A DNA stretch of 64,000 nt from Octopus sinensis (lineage: Eukaryota), in contig NC_043000.1 in assembly GCF_006345805.1 (NCBI RefSeq), positions 34,348,001 through 34,412,000 of the forward strand, written 5' to 3'. The translations under genes were made by a program, and so were the position numbers. Numbering within the stretch: position 1 is the stretch's first letter; the number at the start of each line of letters is the position of its first letter. Positions 47,798 to 62,713 of this stretch are shown here, piece by piece. A model generated the notes under the pieces. It was not told the DNA's origin. It made no database searches and saw only the letters and a program-made list of their open reading frames with translations.

Positions 47798-48329
47798 ATA
47801 TATATACAACATATATGTATGCATATATATATTATGACAGAAAGGAGAAGAATTTAATGCAGTAATATAATATATATAGCAATATATAATATGGAAGAAG
47901 GACACTGCGGAATAAACTAAAAGAAGAGCATGAAGTGCGTGGTGGTGGTAGTGATGGTGGTGGGTGGACTCTGAAAGGGGGAGATTTCTGGAGGAGTGGG
48001 CGTGGTAGGAACATTCTAGGTGGACGTATATAAAAGGTAGATGAAGAAAGAAAGGCTGAAAAGTCTTTTGAAGCTTGGCAGATGTGTTCAGAGACGACTC
48101 AGAACGGAAAGAGACAGCGCCTCACCGTCTTCTGTCCGTCTACCCAACTCCTCCCTCCATCTGAACGCCTCATCTCTTACTCATCCTTTCTATCACTTTC
48201 AATCGCTCTCTCCCACACCCATCTCTCTCTCTCTCTCCCTCTTCGAACCACTGAAGCACATATACACACTCTAAGAGTCTCCCTACACATTTAGATACTT
48301 AAATATACATTAATGTACTTATGTCGTCG

Positions 48330-48700
48330 TCGTGGCACTCCGTCGGTTAAGACGACGAGGCTCCCAGTTGATCCGATCAACGGAACAGCCTGCTCGTGAA
48401 ACTAACGTGTAAATGACTGAGCACTCTACAGATACGTATACCCTTAACGTAGTTCTTGGGGAGATTCAACATGACACAGAGTATGACAAGGCTGATCGCT
48501 TTGAAAATGCAGGTACAACAGAAACAGGAGGAAAGAGTGAGAGAAAGTTGTGGTGAAATAGTACAGCAGGGTTCGTCACCACCCCTTGCCGGAGCCTCGT
48601 GGAGCTTTGGGTGTTTTCACTCAATAAACACTCACAGCGCCCGGTCTGGGAATCGAAACCGCGAATCCGCTGCTTTAACCCCTGGACCATTGCGCCCCCA
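48330..48700. repeat. SINE-like interspersed repeat (family D)
   Basis: GATCCGATCAACGGAACAGC...GCTCGTGAAA...CTGAGCACTC block recurs at 51945-52200. Confidence 0.6.
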
Positions 48701-48899
48701 CACTGTACTTATATACGTGTGTCTGAATGTCAGTGTGTGTGTGTACATACAATTGCATACATATATATGTATTTATATATATTCTTTTCTTCGCTTCAGC
48801 CATGCGGATGCGGTCATGCTGGAGCACGACCGTGATTTTGCACTTTTACACATCCTCTTTAGCGGATTTCTTCAGAGTGGTAGGATTTTTTATCACCAC

Positions 48900-49130
48900 G
48901 CCTATGTGTACTTTCTTGTTGGTTGTTGACCCATTTGGTGTATGAAAGAGTTTTGCAATGCTTCCCTCATCTGTATCTGATGCTGAGCCATTGGTTCTTC
49001 CTGCACCATGCCTTGGACAATGTCTCGCTCCTGGTTGAGGACATCCACATCCATATTGTCTAGGTTTCTTAATTTTTGGAGAGTGGAGGGTGGAGAGTGG
49101 GGGGGCATTGAAGAGCTGTAGGCCTCATGT
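48900..49130 (-). mobile_element. CR1-like LINE 3' remnant
   Basis: KLRNLDNMDVDVL...VQEEP...NSFIHQ, C-terminal CR1-like pattern. Confidence 0.45.
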
Positions 49131-49289
49131 AGGAAGCAAGTTTACCATTAAACTAAAGGATTGCTCAATACCTTTTAGCAGAGTACATATTACTGAACTT
49201 TTACAAGAAAACTGTTGACAGTGACTTCGAAGACAATCAAACTGAAACTTTGCGTCTCTACTAAGCGTTTCTTTTTAAAAGTTTACATG

Positions 49290-49320
<31 letters not shown>

Positions 49321-49323
<3 letters not shown>

Positions 49324-49633
49324 TTTAAATAAGCAGAAAATGAAGAAAACTTTTAATCAACAAACCAACAAATTGACCAACATCGGTTGATTATTTTTTA
49401 AATACAAAACATAACATAACATTTCTTACGGCTGTTTCCGCTACCAATGTTAGTCGGTGCTTACGAAAGAAATTCCGAAAATAATATTTGTCGTCTTCAT
49501 AGCACATTCGATCAAGTACATGTACGGCCGTAAGAAATGTTATGTCATGTTTTGTATTAAAAAATAATCAACCGATATCGGTCAATTTGTTTGTTGATCA
49601 AAAGTTTTTTCTATTTTCTGATTATTTAAATTT
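49321..49633. repeat. foldback element with ~110-bp inverted arms
   Basis: 49321-49435 is the approximate reverse complement of 49525-49633. Confidence 0.8.
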
Positions 49634-49780
49634 GATTCCTGATAAACTTTTGTTTATTCGGTTCTTACGTGTACCATATGTGCATAGTGTACTTGCATAT
49701 TCATGCACAGGTAAATGATACCGATAGTAAGATACACTTATCCCTTAAGCGGTCATTTCAACCGCTAACTCTGCTTAGCT

Positions 49781-49834
<54 letters not shown>

Positions 49835-49910
49835 TGCATGCATACATGCATACATACATACATACATACATGCATGCATGTATACATACATACATACATA
49901 CATACATACA

Positions 49911-49958
<48 letters not shown>

Positions 49959-50736
49959 TTATATATAATAAGGAGTAAATATTCAGAAGTGAATTTTGTG
50001 TTATTATTATCTGAGGTGATGTAAATAGTTGATAATAACAACAATAATATAGGTCGTTGCAGGCCTAAAATAGCATTAGATAACTAAAGAATTAAAATTT
50101 ATATCGATTATAAGGGGGCACAAGGCGCCTACCTGCTAGAAAGAAGAGTTAAAAACGTCAGTCGGGCGAACAGATTAAAGAATTCTTAGCAGATCTATAT
50201 GTAGGTATGTTAAAGATTTAAAAACCCGTTTTCAGGCAGTTTCTCATTGTCGCAAGAAGGTATACGTAAACACATGGAAGATTCGATCAGCGTGTATAGA
50301 GAACAGCGTAAGAGTGGAGAATATAAATACGGAGAGAAATTAGGAATATAAAAAAGAAAATAGAAAAGAATAAAAGGAAGAAAAACAAGGAAGTGGGAGG
50401 GTTAGGGAATGGAAAAAAAGGTTTTGCTTTTCATGTTCTCGTTTCTCATTTTGTTGACGTTTTTTCTGATGTCCTGAACCCATATATGCATGTATATATA
50501 CATATATATGTAGGTAAGTACATATATATATGCATATATTTATATATTACTTATATTATATGATCGAACACCACGCATCCATTTTCAAGTATATATATAT
50601 ATACATACACACACATATAAATACATACTTGAATACATAAGTATATAATATATATACGCATATATTGTATATATATTTATGTTTGTGTGTGTGTGCATGG
50701 ATATATGTATATGTACACACACACACACACACACAC

Positions 50737-50792
<56 letters not shown>

Positions 50793-51519
50793 CACTGGAA
50801 GGCATAACACGTAAGCAAGGTTTTAGGCTCAGTAGAAAGTTACAGCTCCTATACCCGGCACAAATAGACGAACGACATCGAACATCCGTCATAGATTAGC
50901 GTGAGGAATTCGAGCCACTTTATAGCAATAATAAGCACAGAAAATGTAACTGTATTTTAAGCTGTATATAATATACGTTTCATTGAATTGTGTATCGTTA
51001 TTACGCAAGGCAATTGGCCAAATTGCGTAATACAATCGACTCATCTCCGCAGCATTCTTGGCGAATAATACAAAGGTTAGAGGGTATTTACCCTAAAATA
51101 TTTCACTTATGCAAATTAGCTTTATACTTTTGATTTGGCAGAACAAAAGACGACAAGGTGTGAAGTGGTAGGATGGTGTTAAGAAAATATAGATAAACGA
51201 TCGATGTGAGGAAGACGGAGGTGATGCTTCCCCCCCCCCCTTATGTATGCAACCAGACACACAGACACCACATTTACACGCCCATTCACTCATGTGACCA
51301 AGTGCGCCAATATATATCTAGTGGAGAGGAGAGAAGGAAACGATATAAGCCGAAAGCCTGGTAGGATCAACAAAAACGGCAACCACAACAATAGTACAAA
51401 TGATAAGATGGTAGCCTCTAGTAATTCCAGAAAGATGTTTCTGGAATTTTTCCTTGAATAACCTGAACAATGATTTGTTTATAGTGATCAAACGTTTGCG
51501 TTATACATAAGCTCACTTT

Positions 51520-51750
51520 AAATCGGCGAGCTAGCAGAAACGTTAGCACGCCGGGCGAAATGCGTAGCCGTATTTCGTCTGCCGTTACGTTCTGAGTTCA
51601 AATTCCGCCAAGGTCGACATTGCCTTTCGTCCTTTCGGGGTCGATAAATTAAGTACCAGTTACGCACTGGGTCGATCTAATCGACTTAATCCGTTTGTCT
51701 GTCCTTGTTTGTCCCCTCCATGTTTAGCCCCTTGTGGGTAATAAGACAAA
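51520..51750 (+). mobile_element. family A SINE monomer
   Basis: Full head, core and tail; imperfect TSD GTTATA(C/G)ATAAGCTC. Confidence 0.88.
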
Positions 51751-52204
51751 CAGTTATAGATAAGCTCGCTCCCTCCATCAGCTGTATGGTGTACTGTAGG
51801 TCAGGTATCGAGTGATCTCAGAACAACGTGCGATAAAATATTTTGCTCAATGATATAACGCATTACCCGGTCAAGGAATTGAAACCACAATCTCGCGATT
51901 GTGAGTGGAATACTCTAACCACGAGTCTATGCGCCTTCGACATTCGTTGTGACACTCAGTCGGTTACGACGACAAAGTTTCCAGTCGATCCGATCAACGG
52001 AACAGCTTGCTCGTGAAATTAAACGTGCAAGTGGCTGAGCACTCCACAGACACGTGTACTCCTAACGTAGTTCTGAGGGCCCTTTGAAATACAGGTACAT
52101 CTCATTTTTGCCAGCTGAGTGAACTGAAACAACGTGAAATAAAGTGTCTTGCTTAAGGACACAACGCGTCGCCGGGAATTGAACTCACGACCTTACAGTC
52201 GTGA

Positions 52205-52357
52205 GTGGGTGTGTGGTAAGTAGCTTGCTTACCAACCATATGGTTCCGGATTCAGTCCCACTGCGTGACACATTGGGCAAGTGTCTTCTACTATAGCCTC
52301 GGTTCGACCAAAGATTTGTGAGTGGATTTCGTAGACAGAAACTGAAAGAAGCCCGTC

Positions 52358-52404
<47 letters not shown>

Positions 52405-52795
52405 CAGCCGAAATTGCGAGGATGATCCCGTTCTTGACTGAAGATAAAAGGCTTCGAATGACCCGTCCTTGTTTTTTGGTATCGTCTATCTGGATGTTTT
52501 GTTGTCCCTTTTTGTATCACCTAGTTGCCTGGTTGTTTTGCGTTCTTCTCCCATTTTGTATTTTATTTTGTATGTATGTATGTATATGTTTGTGTGTCTG
52601 TGTTTGTCCCCCCATCATTGTTTGACAACCATGCTGGTGTGTTTACGTCCCCGTCACATAGTCGTTCGGCAAGCGAGACCGATAGAATAAGTACTAGGTT
52701 TACAAAGAAAAGTCCTGGGATCGATTTGTTCGACTAAAGGCAGTGCTCCAGCATGGCCGCAGTCAAATGACTGAAACAAAAGAAAAAAAAGAGAA
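52205..52795 (+). mobile_element. family B SINE composite with extra insert, nested in another SINE head
   Basis: 5' module 52205-52360, TA tract, 3' module 52600-52790. Confidence 0.75.
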
Positions 52796-54216
52796 TAACC
52801 ACTAAGCCACGCGCCTTCACAGTGCCTACAATACACTCAGTGTCTCTATATAAGGAAGTGAGCCGAAACATTGGGTCGATCGCTACGACAGGTTAATTGT
52901 ATCAGTTTCTGATTTCTTTGCGTTTAGGCAAACGTTTGCCCGGGGTATTAAGTTCATAATCATTTTTATAATCCAAAGACAAAACCAGCATGTTGGTCAT
53001 TGCGCACCCTCAACATATTTTGCAGAAAAAAAACAGCGATGACAAAGTTGGAAATCGATGAGAGAATAATTTAGTGAATAGAATAATTAGTCGGAAAATA
53101 GGGGCTTACATGAGCGACAATTATTTTATTGAACTATCGAGATTTAAGCCCTAAATGTTGAGGTTGAGAACTAAATGCTGTTTGGACATTTTAAGGCTAA
53201 TATTCTGTTGTAACATCGACAGAAACTCGTCGAGAAATAGTTTGCTTTTCTTTCTTCAGATACAAAACTTTGAAACGGGGAAAGGATTGTGACCTAAATT
53301 AAAATAATTTCCACTGCGACATAATTACTGTTTGCTATGAGTTTATTAGTTGTTCTACGCGGCCAGACAGAGATTGGCCAACAATGAATATGTAACTAGT
53401 AAAAACACCGAATAACTACAATGAACAAGCTGAATATTTAATATCTATTGGTAAATACGAATCTAGTAAAGTACAAATACTTTTAAACAATATGTGGAAA
53501 TGAAATTGTTTTCCCAAACATTTGTACACAAAATACATCAGTTTTCTGTAATAAAACAATAAAATTTAAAATCTCTTCCGAAATAATAAAAGTCAAGTCT
53601 ATAAACGTGTGAGTTTAACTTTAATTATCCCTTCAAGTGTTCGCCTTCAGGAATGTCATAGTTTTATTGTACTTGCGTGTATCTCGCCGACCAACTACTC
53701 ACCTAAAGCGCGCGAGTATTGCATTCACTTTACGAAATTAGGCAGAAAAATATTTTCGGACAACAAATATTTTATAGGAAATATCCTGAAAAATGAAAGA
53801 TGTACAATGTCATCAACTCTCTCCCTATTTTCGCGCTCTCCCTATATCTCACTTTCTTTCTCTTTCTCTCCCACTTTCTCTCTACTCCTCTCTCCAGGCT
53901 TTCTGTTGATACAAAGGCTACTACCAAGCATATGTTATTCAAACATGAATCATCCAGACAAGAATGCGAAAGAACTAAGAAACACAAAGGCAAATACTGA
54001 CCGAGGACAATAAATATTCTGTTGAGGACAAACATCAGCAGAAAATGTGACAAAAGAAGAGAAAAATACTTTATTAAATTCATATATTCGAATACAATCA
54101 TGCGCATACGTGCATACGTGAATATGTGTGTACACACGTATGCGTATGTATAGGTATATTCGCACACACACACACACACATACGAGTGTGTGTGTATGTA
54201 TAAATATAAGCATATA

Positions 54217-54296
<80 letters not shown>

Positions 54297-54309
54297 CATA
54301 CATATATAC

Positions 54310-54452
54310 TTTTCTACTCTAGGCACAAGGCCCGAAATTTTTGTGGAGGGGCCAGTCGATTAAATCGATCCCCGTGCGCAACTGGTACTTATTTATCGAC
54401 CCCGAAAGGATAAACGGCGGAATCTGAACTCAGAACACAAAGACAGACAAAA
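54310..54452 (-). mobile_element. partial SINE (second-monomer type of family A)
   Basis: CTAGGCACAAGGCCCGAAATTTT tail plus core, as at 2887 and 6310. Confidence 0.75.
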
Positions 54453-54531
54453 TTACATATATACTTTGATACTTTGATAGGTTTCGGCCATTATTGGCCC
54501 AGGCCATGTCTAACTTAATAGCACCACCTGG

Positions 54532-54607
<76 letters not shown>

Positions 54608-54613
54608 ATATAT

Positions 54614-54724
<111 letters not shown>

Positions 54725-54791
54725 ATATATATATATGTATATATATATATGTATATATATATATGTATATATATATATGTATATATATATG

Positions 54792-54825
<34 letters not shown>

Positions 54826-56199
54826 CAGACATACATAAATATACACACGCACGCATGCACACACACACACACATACATTCTCATGCACTGTCTAGTAACG
54901 CACCTGGTTACATCACCAATGATGTTACCTGGGACTACAGGATGTTTTAATTCGTTCAGTAATCCAAAAGCTTCTCACAGACGATCCAGTCAGGCTTAAT
55001 CAGGCCCCAACTTTTGCTCATACCCTATCCTGCCGTGACTCACACCACTTAACCACACCCACCTTCAAACTACCATTGCTGCCTTGACAGCATTCTGCCT
55101 ACTGATTCTGTGATACCCAGAATGTTTAAGGCTTTGAAGAGGGACTGACTTGCAGGCCCATCAGGGTCCCTCCTCATTGGGACCACATCAATTCGCCTCT
55201 CGTTGTTTCATCATAATTTTACCAGCTCAGCATATTCTACGCTCCTGCTTTCGTTGGTTTTCTCAATTTCCAGGAAATGGGAAGTTTTAATAAAATCGCC
55301 TGCTTGGATATTTCCGAAATCAGGACCAGATTTGACCTTAATAGTATTAAAGTGACGCTTTCTTGAAATTTTGCCGATTCTCAGTTCCCTTCTCAGTACC
55401 CAGTCTAATTTCATTCTTAGCTGGTCAAAGGAGGTAGTCTTGGCATTCATGCCAGCTTTTGGAAAAGAATGATCTTCATTGGCTGTAGGTCCTTACATTG
55501 GATGTAATTCCTCTGTAAATGGTGTTCACTATAATCTTCAAGATCTTGTCATTTCCTGTTGGTTTAGTTTTCCTCAACCAACGCTTGCACCACATTCTAA
55601 GTCAGCAACCCCTGACTTTCATTGCGTCTAGTCATTGCGTGAGCTTTTGTTACTACTCAAGCAAACCCTCTCACGGGGAACTACGCCACCAAAGACTCTG
55701 TGTCTTAACCACGGCACCAGCAACCTTTACTAATTTCCACTTCCGTCCCGTCTGATCTCGTTACAAGCCTTCCTCCATAAGAGATGTTGTTACGGTTAGA
55801 TGAATCTTAAATGCCCCAAGGACGTCTGCTGAACATCACCTGTACGACTCTCTGTATTGTATCACAACAGACTCTGTCATACACAGACCATGACATTCTG
55901 GTTGTTAGTTTAGAATTATGTAGATTAGTTTTTAATTCGTCTATATGATTGATATGATTGGATATCGATTATGAGCGGGCGGGGAGAGGGCTATTTTCTA
56001 GTATTGTTTCCTTGTTCATAAGGGAGAATATACACTATTTTTTTAATTAAGTTCACTACAGTACTTCTTTATGATATTCTGTGTTATCTTTGAATATTTG
56101 CTCCTTTGACTATTTGTTCCTCACTCTAGTTAGTATATTCCACAACAATATCTGCGGGGAAAAAAACAAAAACAATGATAATTATAAATCTAAGGTTGA

Positions 56200-57350
56200 C
56201 AAGCAGTGGTGTACCCTTCTGAAAGTTTGGATATTGATGCCAACAACAAAGATATAAGTAAATTAGAATACTGCAATAATTGGAATAATTCTCTACAACA
56301 AATAACTACTGATAAAACTAGGAAAAGAAAAGAAAAGAAAACTTGGTGTAACTCTCCTCAGGTAAGAAACGTAAAAAGAAATACACCTGAGATTTTCTTT
56401 GATGCGTTAATGAAAAACTTTCCACCCAACCATAAATACTATAACATATTTAATAGATTTACGGTGAAATTCTTTGAACAACACTTATCCTAGTTGACAC
56501 TATGACATCTCTGACATTATCAACTGCACCGATTACAATCCGGATGTTAGGTGAAACAGACGCTTATCGACATAATAACAGAAACATAAACGTTAATAAA
56601 AATTACACTTCTCAATCCATGACAAATATTTTTAGGAGTAAAAATTGGAATGATAACGTGCCTAAAATAAAAGGTATAAAAAAAGACTAGTTTGAGAGAA
56701 GGTAACACTAGCTATTCAAAAAGTAAAGGGACGGATAGTGAACCCATATAGTAGAATACAAAAAACTTTTCCATATCGAAGGATTTCCTACTTCCAGTAG
56801 AGAAAATGACAATAAAAAGGGCTAGAGAAACAATACTACAAGTACTAAGATTAAAAGTAAACATTGTGATATTAAAACAAAAAATGAGAAGAAATTAACT
56901 GAAAATCGGAGGGGGAAATACAAGTTTTTTTCGGCCGTCTAGGACTATGAGTAACTCCCCTACTTACAAATGGAGAGGAGTCTGCCTAATACACAATGTA
57001 TTTTGTAAATATCTACGTCACTATCCAAATTGGTAATCGGAAATATAGCGGTTCCATATCGAACCACTTTAATGCCGCTATAATATGCACAAACATACTT
57101 TTGCTAACAAAGAACTTAAGAAATTCAACACCACTAACAAAATATATATCTGGATTTTAAGGAGTAGTGCTACAGATTTTGTTGTTCATTCAAGTACCCA
57201 CAGTCACAGCATATACAGGTAACAAAAAATAGTGTAACCTTTACACAATCGAAGCTCTTAAAATGCTTCTAGCTGATAATGAATTATTAAATCGAAGGCA
57301 CGAAAGTATAATGCTATGAAGACATAAGGTTTCCAGAACTTTCAAATTCT
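56200..57350 (+). mobile_element. Penelope-like element remnant (RT thumb to GIY-YIG)
   Basis: RKRK..TWCNSPQVRNVKRN...FPPNHKYYNIFNRFTVK matches the WFNPPYS..VKTN...HKIFNRNTVKVSYS motif; RYNMHKHTF...RNST downstream. Confidence 0.75.
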
Positions 57351-57807
57351 ATAAACCATCTACTTGTGATAAATAAGAGTAAAACGCAATTAACAAAACC
57401 CTGCAATAACATCCCGTTCCCAAAATAGAAACTTATAGCCAATTATTTACACCCTAAACATCCGTCTAAACAACGACTCAAGCTGTTCAACTGAAATTAA
57501 TGTTATTCTTGTTATGATTATTCGTGTAATTGTTGTTAGAGTTACGTTACTTCTGGTTGTTTTTTTTTCTTTCCCTATGAATATATATGGTACATAAACA
57601 GCTCATGGATACACGTTTGTATGAGCGTCGGTATAAAGACACATATATGTCACTGGAGGCGTGTTTGTGTTTACATTTATCGGTAAATATCTATATATAA
57701 TGCGGGATTGCATAGCGATGTATATATGTGTATGCATAGATATATTTATAGGTCTATGTATACAGGCATATATGTGTGTGTATATAGAAATACATACATA
57801 TACATGC

Positions 57808-57838
<31 letters not shown>

Positions 57839-57914
57839 TGTATGTATGTATGTATGTATGTATGTATGTATGTATGTATGTATGTATGTATGTATGTATG
57901 TATGTATATATATA

Positions 57915-57945
<31 letters not shown>

Positions 57946-58018
57946 GTATGTATATATATATATATATGTATATATGTATATGAATATATATATATACAAA
58001 TATATATATATGTATATG

Positions 58019-58071
<53 letters not shown>

Positions 58072-59038
58072 ATACATATATATATACATATACATATGTA
58101 TATATATATACATATGTGTGTATATATATATATATATATGAATTAAAGTATATATTTACGAGTATTTGGGAAATGTGTATGTATTTATATTTTATATATA
58201 GCTGTATAAGTATGTGTGTGTGTGTGCTTATGTGAATGCATATGTGCATGTGTGCGCGCGCAGGGGCGGTCTGTGTGTGTGTAGGTAGAGGTACATATGT
58301 GTGCATACACTCTCATATATATACGTGTATGGCTATGTGAATATATTTGTATATATTAATTAATGTATAGATGAATATATAACACATAAATTCAGACACA
58401 CACACACACACACACAAGCACACACACATGCACACACACACATACACACACACCCAAACCATTTTAACTGCAAAACTTAAAAAGGTATATACTAAAACTA
58501 TACAAAAGACTCAAAGCAACATGTGGTTCCTTGTTCCCACATCTTTACATAAATTATAAATGCCAAACTCATCTTAAGAATTCGTATACCAATATAATTC
58601 CATTTGAAGAATGATACAAAAACATTCATTCTGTGAAAAAAAAAAAACATCGTTAGGTTTTTATTTTTCGTACAAATAAAAGATGGCTTAAAATTATTCT
58701 CCACTTGTTTTAATTACACAAATATATAGAAAAGAAAATTTGGACGCATTTTCAACTTTTTTCTTAATATTTCCCTATCTATAAGCGTGTGCGTGTGTAA
58801 GCATATATGCATGTGTGTGCATGCGTTTGTATATGTGTGTGTGTGTGTACATTAAATAAGGTGATGCGTATGTAAACAAACAGGAAAAAAAATGATAATA
58901 GAAAAATAACAATAAAAATAAAACTATAAAATAAAGAAATATTAAAAGATTTTTAAGATATTTAAACTCTCTTCCTTTCTCTCTCACCCTCACATGTACA
59001 TCTCTCTCTCTCTCTATCTATGTATCTATCTATCTATG

Positions 59039-59072
<34 letters not shown>

Positions 59073-59289
59073 CCTATCTACCTATCTATCTATCTATATA
59101 TATATATATTTATACATATATATATATAACCGGATGCACAAAATAAATAAACAATAAAGTATGACGAAATAATAAGGGATACAAAGAAGGGTCCCAAAAA
59201 GTAGAAAATAAAAAAGGGCCAAAGTAACCCAAAGGTTAAGGAAAGGTCAGACGGAGTAAAGGGAATGGACGACTATAGTAGGGAAATCA

Positions 59290-60720
59290 ATAACAATATC
59301 TTAAGAATGTATTACATAACCGATGGCGACAATTCATTAACAGTTCGCTATGTTTATTAAGGCAATCCTTACATTGGATAATAGTAACTATGTCAGCAAT
59401 GCTGAGTGCATACTTGTTACTATATCCGCTACACGGTCTAGCGTGTTTAACAATGGACCGTTTGATATTGATACTGAATTCCATTTTAAATCGTGAATTA
59501 GCCTAGATAAATACATACAATTAGTTCTAGCCCTCCGACCGAAAGCGAGATAAGTGGTTATGTAATCTTGCTTTGAAATTGGTATTGCACGTACCGATAT
59601 AGACAAACATAGATTGATTTGTGGAAACCGTGCACTTGTACTGAATATTCTTGGAGAGACATTTATTATCTAATGGACAGGAGGATGGGTGTTTGAAGCT
59701 ACAGTTTCGTCGCGAACGCTATAGGGATATTAAACAGGCTATCTCTCTTGGACGCTATAAGGGTATTAAAGGGGTTACCTGTCCTAATATCATGAGGTGC
59801 AGCAAAAGTAGGAGTGAGCGAGCTATCCGGGTGATTAGAGTGATAGTTGTCATTGACAGTGGCGTTTGTTTCCATCATCCACTATATTGGTTATCGGCGT
59901 CAACGCACTCGAAGGTCGGTTATATGGAGTGAGCAGTGTACCTGATCCAGCGTTGTTGGGGTTCATGCCTATTCTAGCGTTAGGACTAGAGAAATTCGTC
60001 GGGTTACTGTGCGTGGGTCGGGGTTGGTTAGTATCCTACTAATATTTCTACTGCTTCGCACATCTGAATTTAGTAATTTCGTATTATTTAGACGATGTAG
60101 AATGTCGGCTATGTTGCATGTAGTCGAATAGGACAACTTGATAGATTGAGGGTTAAATATTTTTTATAAATATACTAGACCCAGGGAAGAGATTTTCTAA
60201 CAAAGCAAAAAATTGCTTGGATAGTCTACTCTGGAGATTAAAGGCAAAGATGGGGGTGAAACCAGATTACATCGCCAACTCTAGTCCACATACCGCGTTT
60301 TAAGGGGCAAGCACCGTATGGGTTATAATAAGAAGGCAAAAATTTGAGAGAAATATCGGTGGGCGCTGGCAGATTTCAGATACGGCATCCTATTCTTAGT
60401 TGAGTGTCAGTTAGGCTTAACACAATAATCAGGCGTAAGGGCATAGAAGAAGTTTTTAGTACGGGATTGGGGTGGAATGGGGGATATATTCAGCATCCGG
60501 TGTGGAGGTAGAGTTATTCAGTTTCGAGTACGGAAGGACGAGTGACACTCCAGATAGGAAGATATTTAATTTTGCAACTATAGCCATCTCTGCATAATAA
60601 TCAGCGTATTGGTCAGAGATTTCCTTAAATGGCATTTATGTCATCGATTTCGATAGAACAATATAGAAAATCAATCACGTGGGCTTTAATCTCAGAACGT
60701 AACAACTGGTAGCAATTTAG
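59290..60720 (-). mobile_element. Penelope-like element remnant
   Basis: RSIVKHARP...LNKHSELLMNCRH C-terminal motif; WFHPH and INLIKLSYSTT motif remnants. Confidence 0.7.
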
Positions 60721-60939
60721 CCCATTGCACTGTGGTTATTCTTTAAGGTCTATGTGTGTATGTGTATATATATATATATATATTATATATATATATATAT
60801 AATAATATATATATATATATTATATATAATATCTATAGATATAAAAATTTACATCTAATATAGGATAAAATTTTTCGAAAAAAAATCTATCAATGGCCAG
60901 CATATTAAAAATACCTTTAAGGTAAAATTTATAACAACT

Positions 60940-61087
60940 TATAAACAAGGGCAAAAGAAAAAATTATAATGCCAAATATGCCGAAAATAGACAAATCGTC
61001 AATAACCATATAGATTATATGGTTATTGACGATTTGTCTATTTTCGCCATATTTGGCATTAGAATTAATTTCTTTTGCCTTGTTTAT
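60940..61087. repeat. near-perfect ~72-bp-arm hairpin with 3-nt loop
   Basis: ...ACAAATCGTCAATAACCATATA gat TATATGGTTATTGACGATTTGT... Confidence 0.9.
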
Positions 61088-61112
61088 ATGTTATTGTATA
61101 TATGTATATATA

Positions 61113-61165
<53 letters not shown>

Positions 61166-61258
61166 TATATATAACAAAGTGAAGGTATTGTAAGGTACCG
61201 CACGAGTGGAATTATATATGAAAGAAGGTTTGAAAATGCAATTTTAAAAGATGTTTAT

Positions 61259-61305
61259 TTACTTGACCGGTTTCGCTTTTTTTAGAAAAAGATTGTCAAA
61301 AGTAA
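61259..61305 (-). ncRNA. Penelope-type minimal hammerhead with U3-A8 core variant
   Basis: Minus strand TTACTT-TTGACAA-T CTTTTT ctaa AAAAAG C-GAAA-CCGG-TC-AAGTAA; GUC triplet. Confidence 0.55.
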
Positions 61306-61881
61306 CATGTAAAAGCTGTGTTATGTTAGGTACTGGTTGTCACAAAATATTACAATACATATATACATTCTTTGATAATAATAAGAACATGTTAAAAGCA
61401 GTTTACAAGGAAAAATCTTGGGAAAATATAAAAAAGTACATTAAAATATTGGGCATAAAAAGTTGCAATACTTATATACATTCTTTGATAATAATAATAA
61501 TAATAATAATAATAAGATGTTAAAAACAGTTTACAGAAAAAGTTTTTTGAGAAATTATTAACAAGTTCTTAAAACCTATTAGGATTTAATTAAAAATCAT
61601 GTTTGTTTGGAAGTATCTATATATATACACAGAAGATTATAAGTTCAAAAAGGTCATATTTTGGTAGTATATATATATATACACAGAAAGAGATATACTT
61701 AATTTACAAAGAATTTGGGATGAACTGACCTGTTTCACAATTTTACTGTAAAAGACTATTTTCTACTTTCAAGGGACAGTTTGGGAGGTGTGTTTGGGTG
61801 GGGGGGGGGAGAGCAATGTGGGATTGAAAAGAAGTTTTGCTTCTCTTTCACGGAATATGACCTTTTTGAACTTATAATTCA

Positions 61882-62447
61882 GTAGTTTGCATAGGAGGCT
61901 GAGGGAACAACTTCAGGATTGCCTTAATGGAGGAATAATACCAGATTGGATGACTAGAGGGAGGACAATACTCATCATGAAAGATAAGAACAAGAGTAAT
62001 ACGGCTAGCAATTATAGACCAATGACTTGCTTACCAATAATGTCGAAGCTGTTAACAGGAATGCTTCCAGAAAGCATTAACGAGCACCTTGACAACCAGA
62101 ATTTACAACAAGAAGAACAGAAAGGTTACAGGAAGAAGGCTAGAGGAAAGCATAATCTATTATACATAGACAAAGCAGTTCTAAATGAAGTAAAAGCTAG
62201 TAGGAAAAATCTAACAATAGCACGGGTAGATTATAGGAATCCCTATGACATGATCCCACACTCATGGATAAGTGAATGTCTGACTATATTCATTACAGCA
62301 AACAACATAAGAGAATTAATTAGCTTTAGCATGAAGGAATGGAAAGTAGATCTATACTCAGGTGACACACACTCTTAGAGAGAGTTAATATCAAAAGAGG
62401 AATTTTCCTGGGGGACTCGTTGTCCTCTTTACTATTTGTTCTATGTA
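61882..62447 (+). mobile_element. R4/Dong-clade RT fragment
   Basis: IPDWMTRGRTILIMK, NYRPMTCLP, EEQKG, VDYRNPYDMIPHSWI, RGIFLGDSLS. Confidence 0.85.
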
Positions 62448-62619
62448 GGGCGGTATTTCATCTGTCGTTACGTTCTGAGTTCAAATTCCGCTGAGGTCGA
62501 CTTTGCCTTTCATCGTGTTGGGGTCGATTAAATAAGTACCATTTACACACTGGGGTCGGTGTAATCGACTTAATCATTTTGTCTGTCCTCTATATTTAGC
62601 CCCCAGTTGGCAATAAAGA

Positions 62620-62622
<3 letters not shown>
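62448..62622 (+). mobile_element. truncated family A SINE
   Basis: B-box, core and degenerate tail. Confidence 0.75.
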
Positions 62623-62700
<78 letters not shown>

Positions 62701-62713
62701 TATTATTATTATT

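Noticed and set aside
52425-52475. CTGAAGA...CGAA...GTC hammerhead-like string
   Set aside because: GAAA core and stems are not intact
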